NCBI GenBank assembly: GCA_003427395.1
Contig: BFEA01000025.1
Span: 5,056,435 to 5,120,434, forward strand
DNA from: Chara braunii
Lineage: Eukaryota > Plantae > Charophyceae
Length of the DNA stretch: 64,000 bases
Direction of reading: 5' to 3'
Below are positions 12,598-25,489 of this stretch, one piece after another (the first letter of the stretch is position 1; the number at the start of each line of letters is the position of its first letter). A model generated the notes under the pieces. It saw nothing but the letters and a program-made list of their open reading frames with translations. It was not told where the DNA came from and made no database searches. Both the position numbers and the translations under genes were made by a program.

Positions 12598-15091
12598 GTA
12601 TGTCTATATTACTTGCAGATAAGCTCCTGAGCATTCTCTGAGGCCTGCCCGTCGAAGAGATTGTCCTGTTTGCCGTTTGCTGATGGTCCGGTCTTGTTCT
12701 GTAGTCCTCGGTTGTCGTGCCAGAACTCTTGCTACAGGAATAATCTTCACCGGATTCTGGATCCGTTCATGTATTTCTAGAAGAGGGACTTTCCGGAGCA
12801 GGTGCAATATCCTGCTGCGTTCCCGAGCAGGTGCAATGTCCTGCAGCTTTCCGGAGCAGGTGCAATGTCCTGCCTCTAGAACAGATCGTGTTCTATGCTA
12901 TCTGTTGCCCACTGCGTGGTGCGAAGTCGTGTAGCTTATGTGTTCTCTGCTGTTTGCTGACCATCACATCATTCACATTTACTATGTAACGCATGACGGA
13001 TTAATCTTTAATACTTCTTTATTCAATTTGCACACGGTAAGGGCATCTCAGGGGTACCAGTGGTTTGCTTGAACTGAGCGTTTTGATGTGCGGTACTCTT
13101 CCAGACACTGTGTTTTCTGCTGTTTGTCTACCACGACGTCTTCCACGTAGACTATAACCATGACAGAGCAATCTGTATTCAATTGGGCGTGGTCTCGGTG
13201 TGTCAGTGGTACCGGTGGTTTTCTCCGCTTCTGCGTTTTGCTCTGTGGTGTTTCCTTTGTTTGCCAGGCGTTCTCAGCAAATTCATTGCTTCTCTGCCGT
13301 TAACGCCTAGTACTGGTGCTCACTTTTACACAGAGTCAAATGNNNNNNNNNNNNNNNNNNNNNNNNNNNNNNNNNNNNNNNNNNNNNNNNNNNNNNNNNN
13401 NNNNNNNNNNNNNNNNNNNNNNNNNNNNNNNNNNNNNNNNNNNNNNNNNNNNNNNNNNNNNNNNNNNNNNNNNNNNNNNNNNNNNNNNNNNNNNNNNNNN
13501 NNNNNNNNNNNNNNNNNNNNNNNNNNNNNNNNNNGGCCTTATGGTGAGTACTGGTGGTGGCTTTTACACAGAGTCGAATGCAGATGTCCTGTCTTTGGGG
13601 GGCGAGGTGGGGGTGGCAGAAGAGGAGGAGGGGGGGGGGAAGGAGATGGTGGTTCTGCCGTAGCGTCCTCTGCACTGTGCTTGCTCGGAGCATTTATAAC
13701 TGATGCTTTCTTGCCTGGCCTTGTTATCTTGCTTGACATTTCTTGAACATGGCTAAATTTGACATGTGTCGGTACGAACGGTCATACGTTTCTTTTGGTA
13801 TATATGTAGAGGAGTTGGAGAGCCTACTAGCCGCATGTCACACTCGTCAAGGCGCTTAGAAGACAAGGGGATGGCTATGGCTCTTTTGACATGTTCCAGC
13901 TCTCTCTCTCTCTCTCTACTTTTCTCTGTCTCTCGTTGTGTCTCTGTCTGCTGGTCTGTCTAGTGTTTATCCCTCGCTAGTTGTCTTTCTGTGTCTGGGT
14001 CCGTTTCTCTAATTGAATGGGTCCATGCACTTGATGGTTTGAGGTTCACTTTTTTTTTTTTTTTTTCTGTTTCAAGTGAATTTGCGGGGCATTTACAACA
14101 ACAAACGGGTCAGTCCTGGGTAGTATTGTCGGGGGTCCTGCCGTGTCCAGTGTGCCTGAAGAAACAGCACTCCTTAAGCGAAAGACTGAGGGACATTGTT
14201 TATTCGTTCGCATGTCGTTTGTCGTTTGTTGTTTGATTGTTGTCGTTTGTGATGTCTTTTTTGCTCTGTTGTTTTGTGGATGCGGAAGGCATCGTCAGCC
14301 ACATATCTTTCCTTACCTGTCTGCGAACTTGACACCGAAGGCCTGTAATCTCAAGAAGGGAGAGGATTGGCTCATTTGTGGTGCATCGCTGATCATCTTC
14401 AACCGAACACTCTGTTTTTCTCTTTTGCTCTATCATTACCCCCTCTATTTCCTGTACTCCATCTCTGCTGCCTCGTCAATTCTGAAATGAACATCTTGAA
14501 GGACCTTTGCGATACCTCCTTATGTTTCAATCAGAAAACAGAACCAGGCAGAATGGAATTCTTTTTCCTTTGTATTATAGTTCTTTTTAGTTACTCCAGT
14601 CCGGTCATTTCCTTGCATTGGCATTGCACGTGTATCTGGGTAATGGCCAGTGCGTTCTTTAAGGCCGTATGTTGTTGGTGATGCCAAGTCATGATTAAGG
14701 AGGTACTCTCTCTACACTATGCGCTGCTTTGGTGTTGCGGTCATCAAGGGGGAACGCATATATGAAGTCTAGTCTGGTCTCTTCTTTTACCTAATAAGCG
14801 GGGGCCTGCCGGGGAATTTGGAAATGCTCTGTGGTAGGTAGGATCAGGGCTCTCTGGACCAAGGGCCTGTCGACAGGGGCCTATCTTCCCTCAGTTGCTT
14901 CAATGGCACGGTCTTGCTGTATGTTTGCACCAACCTACACCGTGGTCTTTCCCTATACTTCATGTTCCTACCTCCCTACCCCCCCCCCCCCCCCCCCCCC
15001 NCCCCCCTCCTTCGCATTTCTCCGCCCTCGCCCCTGTATGATGTCATTTCATTTCCGTGAAAATTCTTGAGGATGACGTTTTCGGGTTTAG

Positions 15092-15202
15092 GTATGGTCA
15101 ATCCGCCAACTGGGATGCTTCCTACAGCGGCAGCGGCAGCGGCGGCGGCGGCAGCAGCAGCAGCAGCAACAACTGCCACTACTAGCAGTTTACAATCCTT
15201 AG
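15092..15202 (+). CDS. U2AF65: Putative U2AF65 poly-Ala exon (GMVNPPTGMLPT-A14-TTATTSSLQSL)
   Basis: AG/GT bounded, 111 nt, phase 1-1, open and in frame with flanking exons; mixed GCG/GCA codons; weak pyrimidine tract. Confidence 0.55.
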   Translation, partial: VWSIRQLGCFLQRQRQRRRRQQQQQQQLPLLAVYNP

Positions 15203-16419
15203 GTAGGCATTTTTTTCTGCGGAACAACTTCGTCTTTCTTTAAGTAACTCCTGTTATTGACCTGATGTCGTTTTCTTTTTCTTTGATATTATGAATCCTT
15301 TTTAAAGCAATGTTGGGATAGAAGTGGTCTCCGCAAAGCCCCTTCTGCAGTGAGGTTGTTCCTTCGGGACTAAAAGCCATTATGAATTCTCTTTTTTTTT
15401 AACGGAGCTTTTGATGATCGATCTCTCAAAGCCAAAGCAATCTAATATACTCGGAAAAAAGCAAAGACCGTAGGCTCGCTAGCGAGAGAAAGATTAATCA
15501 CTACAATGATACTTTTTTCTATTTTTCAAGCATCGCTTTAGTTTCTGGCGGATGGGAACACACATATTTTTTGGCTACATGCTTACCTTGGGTGAAGTTG
15601 AGCATTGTCAATTTGACATTGAGGATCACATCCATGTGCTGTTGATAAGCTTAAGGGTATTGGTAACCCAAGGTTGGATTATTGAGGCTTTGTAGGGGTT
15701 TGCTTTTGTACCCCTATCGTGTGTTTGTATGGACGAGCTGAAGGTCAGTGGAAAGAGATCGAAACCATGTTTGGTAGAGCCAGGAATAACACACAAGCTA
15801 ATGACTCTGCTGAATGTTTTATGTGAGAACTGTGGCCTTCATCCAGGAAGTGTTGTTTTTTGTTGATGAGTTCTTGCCATGGGGGGGGTTGGGGACCCAA
15901 GATGGGTATGAATAATGGGTACTGTAAAGTTATAAACTAGTATAAAGTGAAAGAGAGCACCTGTGTTTGGCGTTTAGGTGCGGGAGGTGTCATCAACGGA
16001 TCAGTAGGTTAGCTTTGTCGCCAGAGATGAGATGTACTTTATAATGTGGGCATTGTGGGGGAATTTCATGGCTTTATATTTGAACGTGTCGCATTGAGTG
16101 AGAGGCGCTCCTGCGTCTGCTTAGTGTTTCTGTGGCTCCTGTAATGTTATATTTTGGGGTGATTCCTTGTTTTTTGTATTTTTTTTGGATTCTAGAATCT
16201 GGATCATCTGAGCATTTTCTGCAGTCGTTTTACAGCTCCAGCATGTTGAGGGACCATTTTATTACACCCCCATGTTTCAGAGATAATTAAGTCTGTAGGT
16301 TTTTTCTTCTGCGTCTCTACTGGTTCATGCAGAGCCTCTCACAAACCAGCACAGGAGGCTCCCTTGGCCACAGCCAGACGCTGGGCGTGTCGCCGGTTCA
16401 AATGCAGCGTAGAGTGACC

Positions 16420-16528
16420 TATCGTCTTCACCCGAATACAACAGCCGGTGGTTATACCCGTATTTGGGCCAACCTTCAGTCCAGATGTGGCGATAATGAT
16501 CGGGCGTTCTATTGGGGTGAAGAAGGTA
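16420..16528. mobile_element. TA-flanked MITE, diverged copy
   Basis: TA-tCGTCTTCACCCGAATACAAC...GTTCTATTGGGGTGAAGAAGG-TA. Confidence 0.75.
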
Positions 16529-16904
16529 GTAGTTTTCCTCAGAAGGGTATAAAATGCTAATGCTAATTGGAGGAAGTCGTATCTTAGGCGGTATTTTGAA
16601 GAGTGCTCGGCTGGGTCTTGCTGTGGGGCTGAAAAATATAAGGGAATTATGCAACACATGCTTCTGATTATGCTGGAGGTCCCGAACTGTGGAATCTGTT
16701 TCTCGGCTGAGGTAGAAGATGACCCGTTCATGTGACCGGTGATGAATGGCATGGTGCTATTGCTTGTACGCTGAAGACTCCGAACTGTGGACTGTTTTGC
16801 TCAACTGTGCTCGTTGAAAGGTCGAGTTGACAGGAATTGGTCCATTTGTTTGTGCTTGTTTCTTTCCCTTTCAAAATGCGTGGTAACAAGATTGAAGTTG
16901 CCCT

Positions 16905-16972
16905 TATAGGCAATGAGCTGGTGAAAACTGAAATACGGACCCAAGTTCGAATCCTGATGGGCCTAGGTGTAT
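16905..16972 (+). mobile_element. tRNA-derived SINE-like fragment
   Basis: TGAAATACGGACCCAAGTTCGAATCC (B box) shared with 32203 and 34808. Confidence 0.55.
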
Positions 16973-17082
16973 GCAGTGAAATAAGTTGTCGTTCGCCGGT
17001 ACTGGATTGGTTAGGAGGACAGAGTCTGCGGGATAGCGCAAATGCTGTGACCCTGTGCAGGGACTGACGGTGGCTTTTGCAG

Positions 17083-17159
17083 GTCAACTCGGCACAACTG
17101 CAATGACTCCAACAATGCCAGGGCTATTTACGGGAGCCTTTCCGTTTGCTGGCACGCAG
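17083..17159 (+). CDS. U2AF65: U2AF65 exon (GQLGTTAMTPTMPGLFTGAFPFAGTQ)
   Basis: TTTTGCAG acceptor, GT donor, phase-consistent, plant U2AF65-like linker. Confidence 0.82.
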
Positions 17160-17585
17160 GTGTGTGTTTGCTGCGATTCTTGCTTTTGAGTTGGTGGAAA
17201 ACTTGTTTTTTCTTGAGATGGTCGCGGAGAATTTCGGGTTGTGTGATGGTTGTGGCGGTGCACTTGTGGGGTATATGGTTTGCGAAGAGGTGCACACACA
17301 CACACACACACACACAGAGGATGGGTATCAATTTGGCATTGTGGAAGAGAAAGTAATTGGAATGGTGAACCCCAATTTGCCAATCTTTTGCACCAGCCAA
17401 GTTGTTCTTGATGTGAACCCCCCGAACCCCCCTCTCGTGAAACAATTGCTTTCACCTGAATATCTCCCCATGCTTTGTGGGTCAAGACTTCGTTTGGCGG
17501 ACATGCCATCTGTATAGACATGTCTGCATTGGTTCCAGGCCCTTAGAGACATTGTTTGACGCGCATCCGTCCCTCTTGGTTGCAG

Positions 17586-17630
17586 TTCGGAGGTCTCCCA
17601 GCAATTCCTGCACAAGCTATGACTCAGCAG
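17586..17630 (+). CDS. U2AF65: U2AF65 exon (FGGLPAIPAQAMTQQ)
   Basis: Conserved QAMTQQ before RRM1; canonical splice sites. Confidence 0.9.
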
Positions 17631-18864
17631 GTGTGTGAACTTTGCCTCGCATCGCAGGGAGTCAACCATTCAGAAACGGCAGTTTCCACTAGGCCCAGCC
17701 TCATCAATTATATGAGAGGGTTTCTCATTTTGCGTTTTCGGGTTTGGGGATTCTTTTATGGGCATGGGTGGTGGTGTTTCTTTGGGTATTGTTGGTGTTG
17801 CCATGGGTCTGTGGGATGAAATGGTGCAGGGAAGGTTTGGTTTGGTAGAAAAAGAAAGGGTGCGCTGGGGTTGGTGGGTGTACAAGGAACTGGGTCCTTG
17901 TAACTTGGCCGCTATCAATGGTCAGGTGACGGGTGAGGGTTTACCTTTCATGTGATTGATCGATTAAAGCTTGTGTGCCTATATCTGCCTGCCTACATCT
18001 GCCTGCCTGCCTGCTTGCTTGCCTGTTCTCTGAGTGAGGGAGTGTACCCAAGTTGAGTGTACACTGTCTGGTCGCCGAATGTACAGTTTTCTGGTTGCTG
18101 AAATGTCTTGAAGAATTTGTGAGGGGCCTGTAAAAATTTGTGCCAATTTTGGAGGTTGATCGATGTTCAGAAATGTAACGCCTGCAGACAGTGTGTTGAT
18201 GCTTCGCGTTCGTTTTCGCTTCAGTTTTCTTCTGAAGTGCTGGTTTTGCAAGAAAACGCGATGAATGCCCTGCTGAAGTATGTAAAGCCTTGTGCAGAAG
18301 GTTGGGCAGAGGCTTGGGTACAGGCTATTAAGGAAGGTTTGCGTATTGCGTGTGAAAATTGTTGCGTTTGTTTCTATTGGAGAAAGGGGAAAGGTGGATG
18401 TGGAGGAAGAGGGGGGAGGAGAAGAACACGGATAGCAGCACGGTTCGTCTTCAGCAGAGGGAATGATCTGTACTCGATGTATGCAACCAATATTGAATAT
18501 TGCTACGTTGTCGGCTAATAAGGTAATTTGCATTATTAATTTATTATTGAAATGGGTTGGTTGAACATGTTTTCTATTTCGGGGCGTGTTTGGCGGAGTA
18601 CCGAAAAACTTGTGGAGTGTTGGCTAGATATTTGTGATCGTTTCTGGGTTTATCATGCCATAGTCAGAAGCGTAGGAATTTGTTGCTGTTTGGGTTAGGG
18701 TGGATATGCCCTTCAGAGTGGTTCGAGCTATTTCCTCAAGCTCTCAATGTGAGTCCCATTCACTGGAGTGCCATGGGCTATCTTGTGTTAGTTCCTTGTG
18801 TTGGAGGATATCATCCCTTCGCTGGCTCATGTGGTTTTTGCCCGGTCGATTTCTCTATGTGCAG

Positions 18865-18924
18865 GCTACACGGCATGCAAGGCGTGTTTATGTGGGAGGG
18901 TTGCCGCCAATGACTAATGAGCAG
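18865..18924 (+). CDS. U2AF65: U2AF65 exon, RRM1 start (ATRHARRVYVGGLPPMTNEQ)
   Basis: RNP2 motif; canonical splice sites. Confidence 0.96.
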
Positions 18925-19030
18925 GTAGGGTATCTGTATTCAAAGTTCACACTTGATTTTACACAACACACCTTTCCCGGGCTAGAAAAAGTGCAGGTGT
19001 ATCGATGTGGTATCGGTATTTGCCATTGCC

Positions 19031-19246
19031 TTAAGCCACCACTACCTTGCGCAGGCAACGTCGAAAGACCAAATTGGCACATTCCACGATTCCCGCCCTG
19101 GATGAACAGTGCTTCCAGACCAAAATGACTGGCAGCGACAGCCAAAAGGGGGGGGGGAGGAATGCTGGACTGCCGCTTCGGCAAAACCTGGCCTGCAGTT
19201 CTTTTCCCCCTTGGCAAAAAGAGGCTTGGAGGTATTGGTGGTTTAA
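19031..19246. mobile_element. TTAA-flanked MITE
   Basis: TTAA-GCCACCACTACC...GGTATTGGTGGT-TTAA. Confidence 0.7.
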
Positions 19247-19303
19247 ATTTTGTTGTTGTAACACCAGGTGAGGATCAGAGGAACTAGCTAGTGTTTACTC
19301 GAG

Positions 19304-19357
<54 letters not shown>

Positions 19358-19724
19358 CGTGCGTGTGTGTTTCACTTCTTTGGTTAGTGAGGGGTTTGTG
19401 TGTATTTTGAATGTGAGGTGGGAGGGGGTAGATTTTATGAAAGTGCACTTTCGGCTGGTGCACGATGTTGGAGGTTGAGAGGGTGCATGATTAACGATGC
19501 CGTCGATGTTTGAGTAAGTAGATGCTGTTGAATGTAATGCTTTCTATTGGTTCTATCCTTCTCCAGGGGCCCATATATGTAGCAGCAGCAGCGGACTGCG
19601 TCGTTGTGGCAGTGTTGTACCTATTTCAAGCTTGGTCTTGTAATGATTTCCAGAAATGAGAGTACAACCTTGTAAGGAATGGGTCCATGACCCCTTTTGC
19701 CTTCCTGTTTATGTCTTTGTGCAG

Positions 19725-19785
19725 AGTGTAGCAACATTCTTCAGTTCGGCAATGGCAGCCGTGGGTGGGAATACAGCGGGTCCAG
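19725..19785 (+). CDS. U2AF65: U2AF65 exon (SVATFFSSAMAAVGGNTAGP)
   Basis: RRM1 sequence; canonical splice sites. Confidence 0.95.
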
Positions 19786-19878
19786 GTAATGAATTTCTGT
19801 CACAGAGCATTACCGTAGCGGCGAGCAGGTCAATATCTTGCAATTTATGCTCTATGCGAGACACAGTGAGGCCTCCTT

Positions 19879-20073
19879 TTAACCGCCAGTATACTTCCCC
19901 GGCCTTGTGGACGTTTGCTTGTCACCTGCTCCGCAAATTCCGCGCCTTGGGCCCCATCGGACCACAATTGCTGGTGGTGCCAGCCAAAAAAGGAAAAAAG
20001 TGCTCCTCTGGCGGTTCTGAAAGGCTTGACGCTCAGTGCCGCGCTTCCAGCCCCGGGTATACTGGTGGTTTAA
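19879..20073. mobile_element. TTAA-flanked MITE
   Basis: TTAA-CCGCCAGTATAC...GTATACTGGTGGT-TTAA. Confidence 0.75.
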
Positions 20074-21697
20074 GCACGGAACAGGAACGTTTGAGCCTAT
20101 ATGAGATCTATCTTCAATAACTGTATTTTTCGGTTCGTCTTATATATTAGATTGTGCTTGAATGAGTGACAGCTTCGATAACCTTTAAGGCTACTCCTCT
20201 GCATGAATGAGTGGGGGAACTGGGCTTGTTGACTTCTTAGCACTAGCACCGGCTTTGATGTTACAGCTTAAGAGCAGCAGCCAGCTAAGAGTACCGAGGA
20301 CCATCTTTGGTGCGATAGCCAAGTGCCATGTTCATTGGGGCAGGATGACGTTTCCTTCTGTCTAGGGAGCATGGAGTAAGCAGTCATCTATGTGAATAGC
20401 TAAGGGCTGTCGGATGTGGAGGACATGGCCGTTACCTATGTGGAGAGCCACTTCTGGGCGCACAAAGTGTCCATGCAAAATACGTATTGGTCAATATGCC
20501 TGGTGCTGTGCAATGCACGATCGAGAGTATACTCGCACTACGGCTAATCATCACCGAATCGCGAAATCAGCGGCCAGAGCGAGTCCTTCTCAGCCAGCTC
20601 GAGTCCTTCTCAGCCAGCTCGAGTCCTACCTTCAGAAGGACTTGATCTGCCCACTCATTTTGCGATTCTGTGATCGTAAGAGGACGTAGTATGAGCATTC
20701 CGTGGCAGCACCGAGTCCAGCCAGGTGCACAGCAACCTTTTTTTGTGTCCTTTTTTCTGTCATGAGCAATATTTGTAAGTGTGATTATGACTGCTGATTG
20801 GTATTATGAATTTATGATAGAGTTATCTCTGTACGACTTTCACTGGTTCCTGTGACTCCAGATGAAGCAGATATTTGCGGTCCACGACCGGGACATGAAA
20901 TTCTAGCAGGACATGTCTTGCTTTCTTTTCAGTGGGGGGAAGTGTGGCCGCCTATTTCTTCATTTTCCTGTTTTGCGCTTTCTGGGAATATTGCATTCTC
21001 TTTCGATTGCTTCACTTTTTTTGTTGTCCATGTGTTCTGCTGTGCCATAATTTTTTTTAATCTTTCAGCAGTGCACATTGTTGAAAGAACTTGTTCAAAG
21101 TTTGAAGAAACAGGCCGGGAAGTAATGAAAAATTGTATGTCAATGGTGTGTAAATTGATCATTGTGGAAGATTGGCACAGTGCTACTCAACAGCCCCTAC
21201 TCAGCTGTTGCTTTCGTCAATCGCGTGTGTGTGTGGGGGGGGGGGGGGTACGGCTCACGCATTGTACTACCCAGCGGACACGGGAGCCGGCTCATCATTC
21301 AGACAGGAATGTGAAGTTCTTTCCGGAGCAATGCCTACAATGAATTTATTGTGTAGTACGTGGACTTGGAGACACGCTATACATCTTATCTTAGTAATAT
21401 CAAAAACCCAAGCTAAAGCATACGGAGATGTCAGAGCTTCGGGCTCAACCACACACAAGTGGGGGGGAAATTGCACTCTGTTTATCTTGTGTTTTTGTAT
21501 GTATAAAAAACCCAAGCTAAAGCATACGGAGATGTCGGAGCTTCAGGCTCAACCACACACAAGTGGGGGGGAAATTGCACTCTGTTTATCTTGTGTTTTT
21601 GTATGCCTTCTGCACAGCCGTTTTCGCATGCCATGATTGTCGTTTGCTGCTTGTATCGTTGGCTTTATACTGAGACTTGGATTTATATGTTCTATAG

Positions 21698-21810
21698 GTG
21701 ATGCTGTTGTGAATGTGTACATCAACCAGGAGAAGAAGTTTGCATTTGTTGAGTTCAGAACAGTCGAGGAGGCCAGTAATGCCATGGCCTTGGATGGCAT
21801 TAACTATGAG
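21698..21810 (+). CDS. U2AF65: U2AF65 exon (GDAVVNVYINQEKKFAFVEFRTVEEASNAMALDGINYE)
   Basis: RRM1 RNP1 KFAFVEF; canonical splice sites. Confidence 0.97.
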
Positions 21811-22787
21811 GTAAGGTGCAGTGCAGATGGTTGCAACTGTTATGGGTTGCTGCGCTTAAATTGCTGCGTTGTTGCTTCATGCCAAATTGAGGTTCATCAT
21901 CTGACTGACGCTTCCCGTCTCCCAGAAATAATTTCATGTTGTGGTGTCCAAGATTGTGGTTTGTCTTGGTCTATGTTTGAATCTCATGTCTTGTCTTCTG
22001 AGTTCTTATAAACCCTAAAATTGCCATCCTGGCTTGTTGTTTCTGGGTCGATGAACACGCAGAAAGATTGTTTGCAACAATGTAAGGTGTTTTCTGTTAA
22101 AGGTAGCTTTCCTTTCACTAGGACGTGATTGCACACGATGCATCTCCAGCGACTTCTCCTGTGGGAGAGTCTCTTCCTTCTCTTCTGTCTTCTTTTGTCT
22201 CGACAATTACACTTTTTTTTTTTGAAGTCTTATAAAATTCTCCATATTCCCGCGCATCTGATATCGTCAGTCAGAACGAGACATTTTCCAGACTTTAGCA
22301 TCCCCATCCTATTTGGGCACAATCACTACATATATAACTACTGCTAATTTCCTGCCTGTGACAAGCAGACGATCGGGGCCCTCCTATCTTTTGCTGCGCG
22401 ATGGTCCCGATCGTCTGCTGATCGTTTTTTCTTAGAAGTTGAACCGTCGTACCGGTCCCGTGGTGCACCACGCGCTGTACTGGCCCTGCATGCCTACCCC
22501 GGCATTGCGCATTACCAGGCCCGCGTGCCTACAGGGCCAGCGCCGGTACCGCAAACTGTACTGGGGCAATGCGCGCGTGGAACATGTAGTAACCAACTTC
22601 ATCGTACAAACTGCCCCGGTCTCTCGACACTCGGACTACAGACACACTAAGCTACTGATGACTTGGACTGCTGACACGCTAAGCTACTCGAAGACGTTGT
22701 GGACTGGACTCTGCGCTGCTGTACGCTACTCTACGCATTCTACACACACACCACACACACACACACACACGCATGTAGACACATGCA

Positions 22788-22845
22788 CAGAATGTCGGGG
22801 TTCAACCTCCTGATGAGTCGGTGGAAGTCCGACGAAAGACTTCGG
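22788..22845 (+). ncRNA. Type III hammerhead ribozyme motif (stem III degenerate)
   Basis: GTC^-GGGGT/TCA/ACCTC (stem I)-CTGATGA-GTCGG/TGGAAGT/CCGAC (stem II)-GAAA. Confidence 0.75.
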
Positions 22846-22932
22846 CACAGTCATGCTTTTTTTTGAGTGTATAGCGAGTATGACGACACACACACACAGG
22901 CACACACACACAGATTAACACACCATCCCCTC

Positions 22933-23018
<86 letters not shown>

Positions 23019-23216
23019 ACACGCACGCATACACACACACGCGCACAGAAAGAGATTGTTGTTCCTAAGCTTCTGGTCATGCTGGAGATTGGGCTGTGCA
23101 TCGCGAAGGGCTCTGCATCCAAAAGGTTGGACGCTGAGGCTTCGGATGTGGAATCGAGTGCACCAACATGACCTAAGGTGGGTTAATTTGTGCTTTCCTT
23201 TGTTCATTTCTGCTGC

Positions 23217-23252
<36 letters not shown>

Positions 23253-23257
23253 TGTGC

Positions 23258-23319
<62 letters not shown>

Positions 23320-23629
23320 NNNNNNNNNNNNNNNNNNNNNNNNNNNNNNNNNNNNNNNNNNNNNNNNNNNNNNNNNNNNNNNNNNNNNNNNNNNNNNNNN
23401 NNNNNNNNNNNNNNNNNNNNNNNNNNNNNNNNNNNNNNNNNNNNNNNNNNNNNNNNNNNNNNNNNNNNNNNNNNNNNNNNNNNNNNNNNNNNNNNNNNNN
23501 NNNNNNNNNNNNNNNNNNNNNNNNNNNNNNNNNNNNNNNNNNNNNNNNNNNNNNNNNNNNNNNNNNNNNNNNNNNNNNNNNNNNNNNNNNNNNNNNNNNN
23601 NNNNNNNNNNNNNNNNNNNNNNNNNNNNN

Positions 23630-23670
<41 letters not shown>

Positions 23671-23796
23671 GATCCCCAGCCCCCCACCACCACCATCAAC
23701 TGTATTACCGTATCTGTCCCAATCAGTTTCATATCTGATTGTGGTCCATGGGGACCATAAAAGAAAAAGAAAAAAAAACGGAAAAAGTTCACGGGC

Positions 23797-23857
<61 letters not shown>

Positions 23858-23980
23858 TAACTACCTACGATCCACCCACCCCACTATCGATTGTATTATC
23901 TGTACCAATCAGTTTCACATCTGATCCGTGGTCCATCGGCACCCAAAAATAAATGGAAAGAACACGAGAGCGTGAGACCA

Positions 23981-24012
<32 letters not shown>

Positions 24013-25158
24013 TAGATCTTTCTCGAGGGGGGGGGAAGGGGAAGGGAGGAGAGATCTGCTTAACAATAATGACACTTTTATACTTGATCGAACAAGTGCC
24101 CCAAGGCTCTCTCAATCACACAGTGTCAGCAGCCCAAATCGCCTATGGAGGGGGGGGGGAGGGGAAGGGAGGAGAGATCTGCCTAACAATAATGGCACTC
24201 TTATACTCGATGGGGACTTCCAAGAAGTGCCCCCAGGCTCTCTCAATTACACCATTTCAGCCCAGATCGTCGACGGAGCAGTCAAAATGAATATAGAAAA
24301 GAGCACGAATCTGGGCTACTACGCTTTGCTACTGTACCTTCCTTCATTATTGCGGGCGTAGCCGCAACAGGTCCCCTAGTTGGTTTTATTATCATCGAGG
24401 GAAAGTTAGGAAACTGATGAAGTTGGTGATGACTTAAAATCAAAATGGAACCCATAACTCTCAGCGGCGCGAAGCACTGCAAAAAGGTCAAAGCACCCTA
24501 CGAGGACGTAGCATGTACAATTTTTTGGAAAAACTTGTCACAGTGATCTCTTTTCAATGTTTCATAACTACCCTGTCAAAATACACAAAAATTCTATTCA
24601 TTTAACCATTAAAATGAATTTGTTACGCTTATTCCCAGAAATACAAAATCATTTCGAAATTTTTGAACACCTTCTTGGGTTTCACAGTGCATGCAATACA
24701 CGAACTGAATTCTTCGTTGGTGCTTACCCCCGTATGAGAAATTAAAATGAATTTGTTAGGAAACTGATAAAGTTAGTGTTAGGTTGGTTCAACATCAAGA
24801 GAAGAGAAAAGTGTAGGGCATAAGAAGCTGAACCCTGTACGAGGCGCAGACAACGTTTTTCTCAAAAAAAAAAAGGAAAAAGAAGGGTTTTTACGGCGAA
24901 GCGAAGCACCCCTCTCAGACTGTATGGTTCATTGTACGTTCCTGGCATTGACACTGAACTTTTCCTTTGTCTTCTCCTTTTCCCATTGTGTGTGTGTGTG
25001 TGTGTGAGGGGCCCCCAGAGGGGGTGGGGGGGGGGAGGAGGGGAAGTGTCTGTGTAAGCTATAATCCCGTATGTTCCCTCCTCACATTTCCTGAGTGCAT
25101 GTCCTTTTGGCAGTTGAGTGGAACTGAACTTTTCCTCCTTTGTCTTCTTCTTTTCCCG

Positions 25159-25192
<34 letters not shown>

Positions 25193-25373
25193 AGGGGGTG
25201 GGGGGAGGGGAGAAGTACTATAATCCATATGTTCCCTCCGCGCATTTTCTGAGTGCATGTCCTTTTGCCAGTTAAGCCCATGGAAGCTATAAAGTCGTTC
25301 GCCATGCACTATCCCTGGTTTGGTGGTGCCCTTTTTTCTGACCGGGTATTCTTGTGCCGGTAATCGGATGCAG

Positions 25374-25489
25374 GGTGTAGCTGTAAGAGTCAGAAGACCC
25401 ACCGACTATAACCCATCAATGGCCGCAACGTTAGGTCCCAGCCAGCCAAGCCCACATCTGAACCTTGCTAATGTTGGACTTACCCCAGG
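25374..25489 (+). CDS. U2AF65: U2AF65 exon (GVAVRVRRPTDYNPSMAATLGPSQPSPHLNLANVGLTPG)
   Basis: Conserved RRP.DYNP and LGPSQP motifs; canonical splice sites. Confidence 0.96.
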
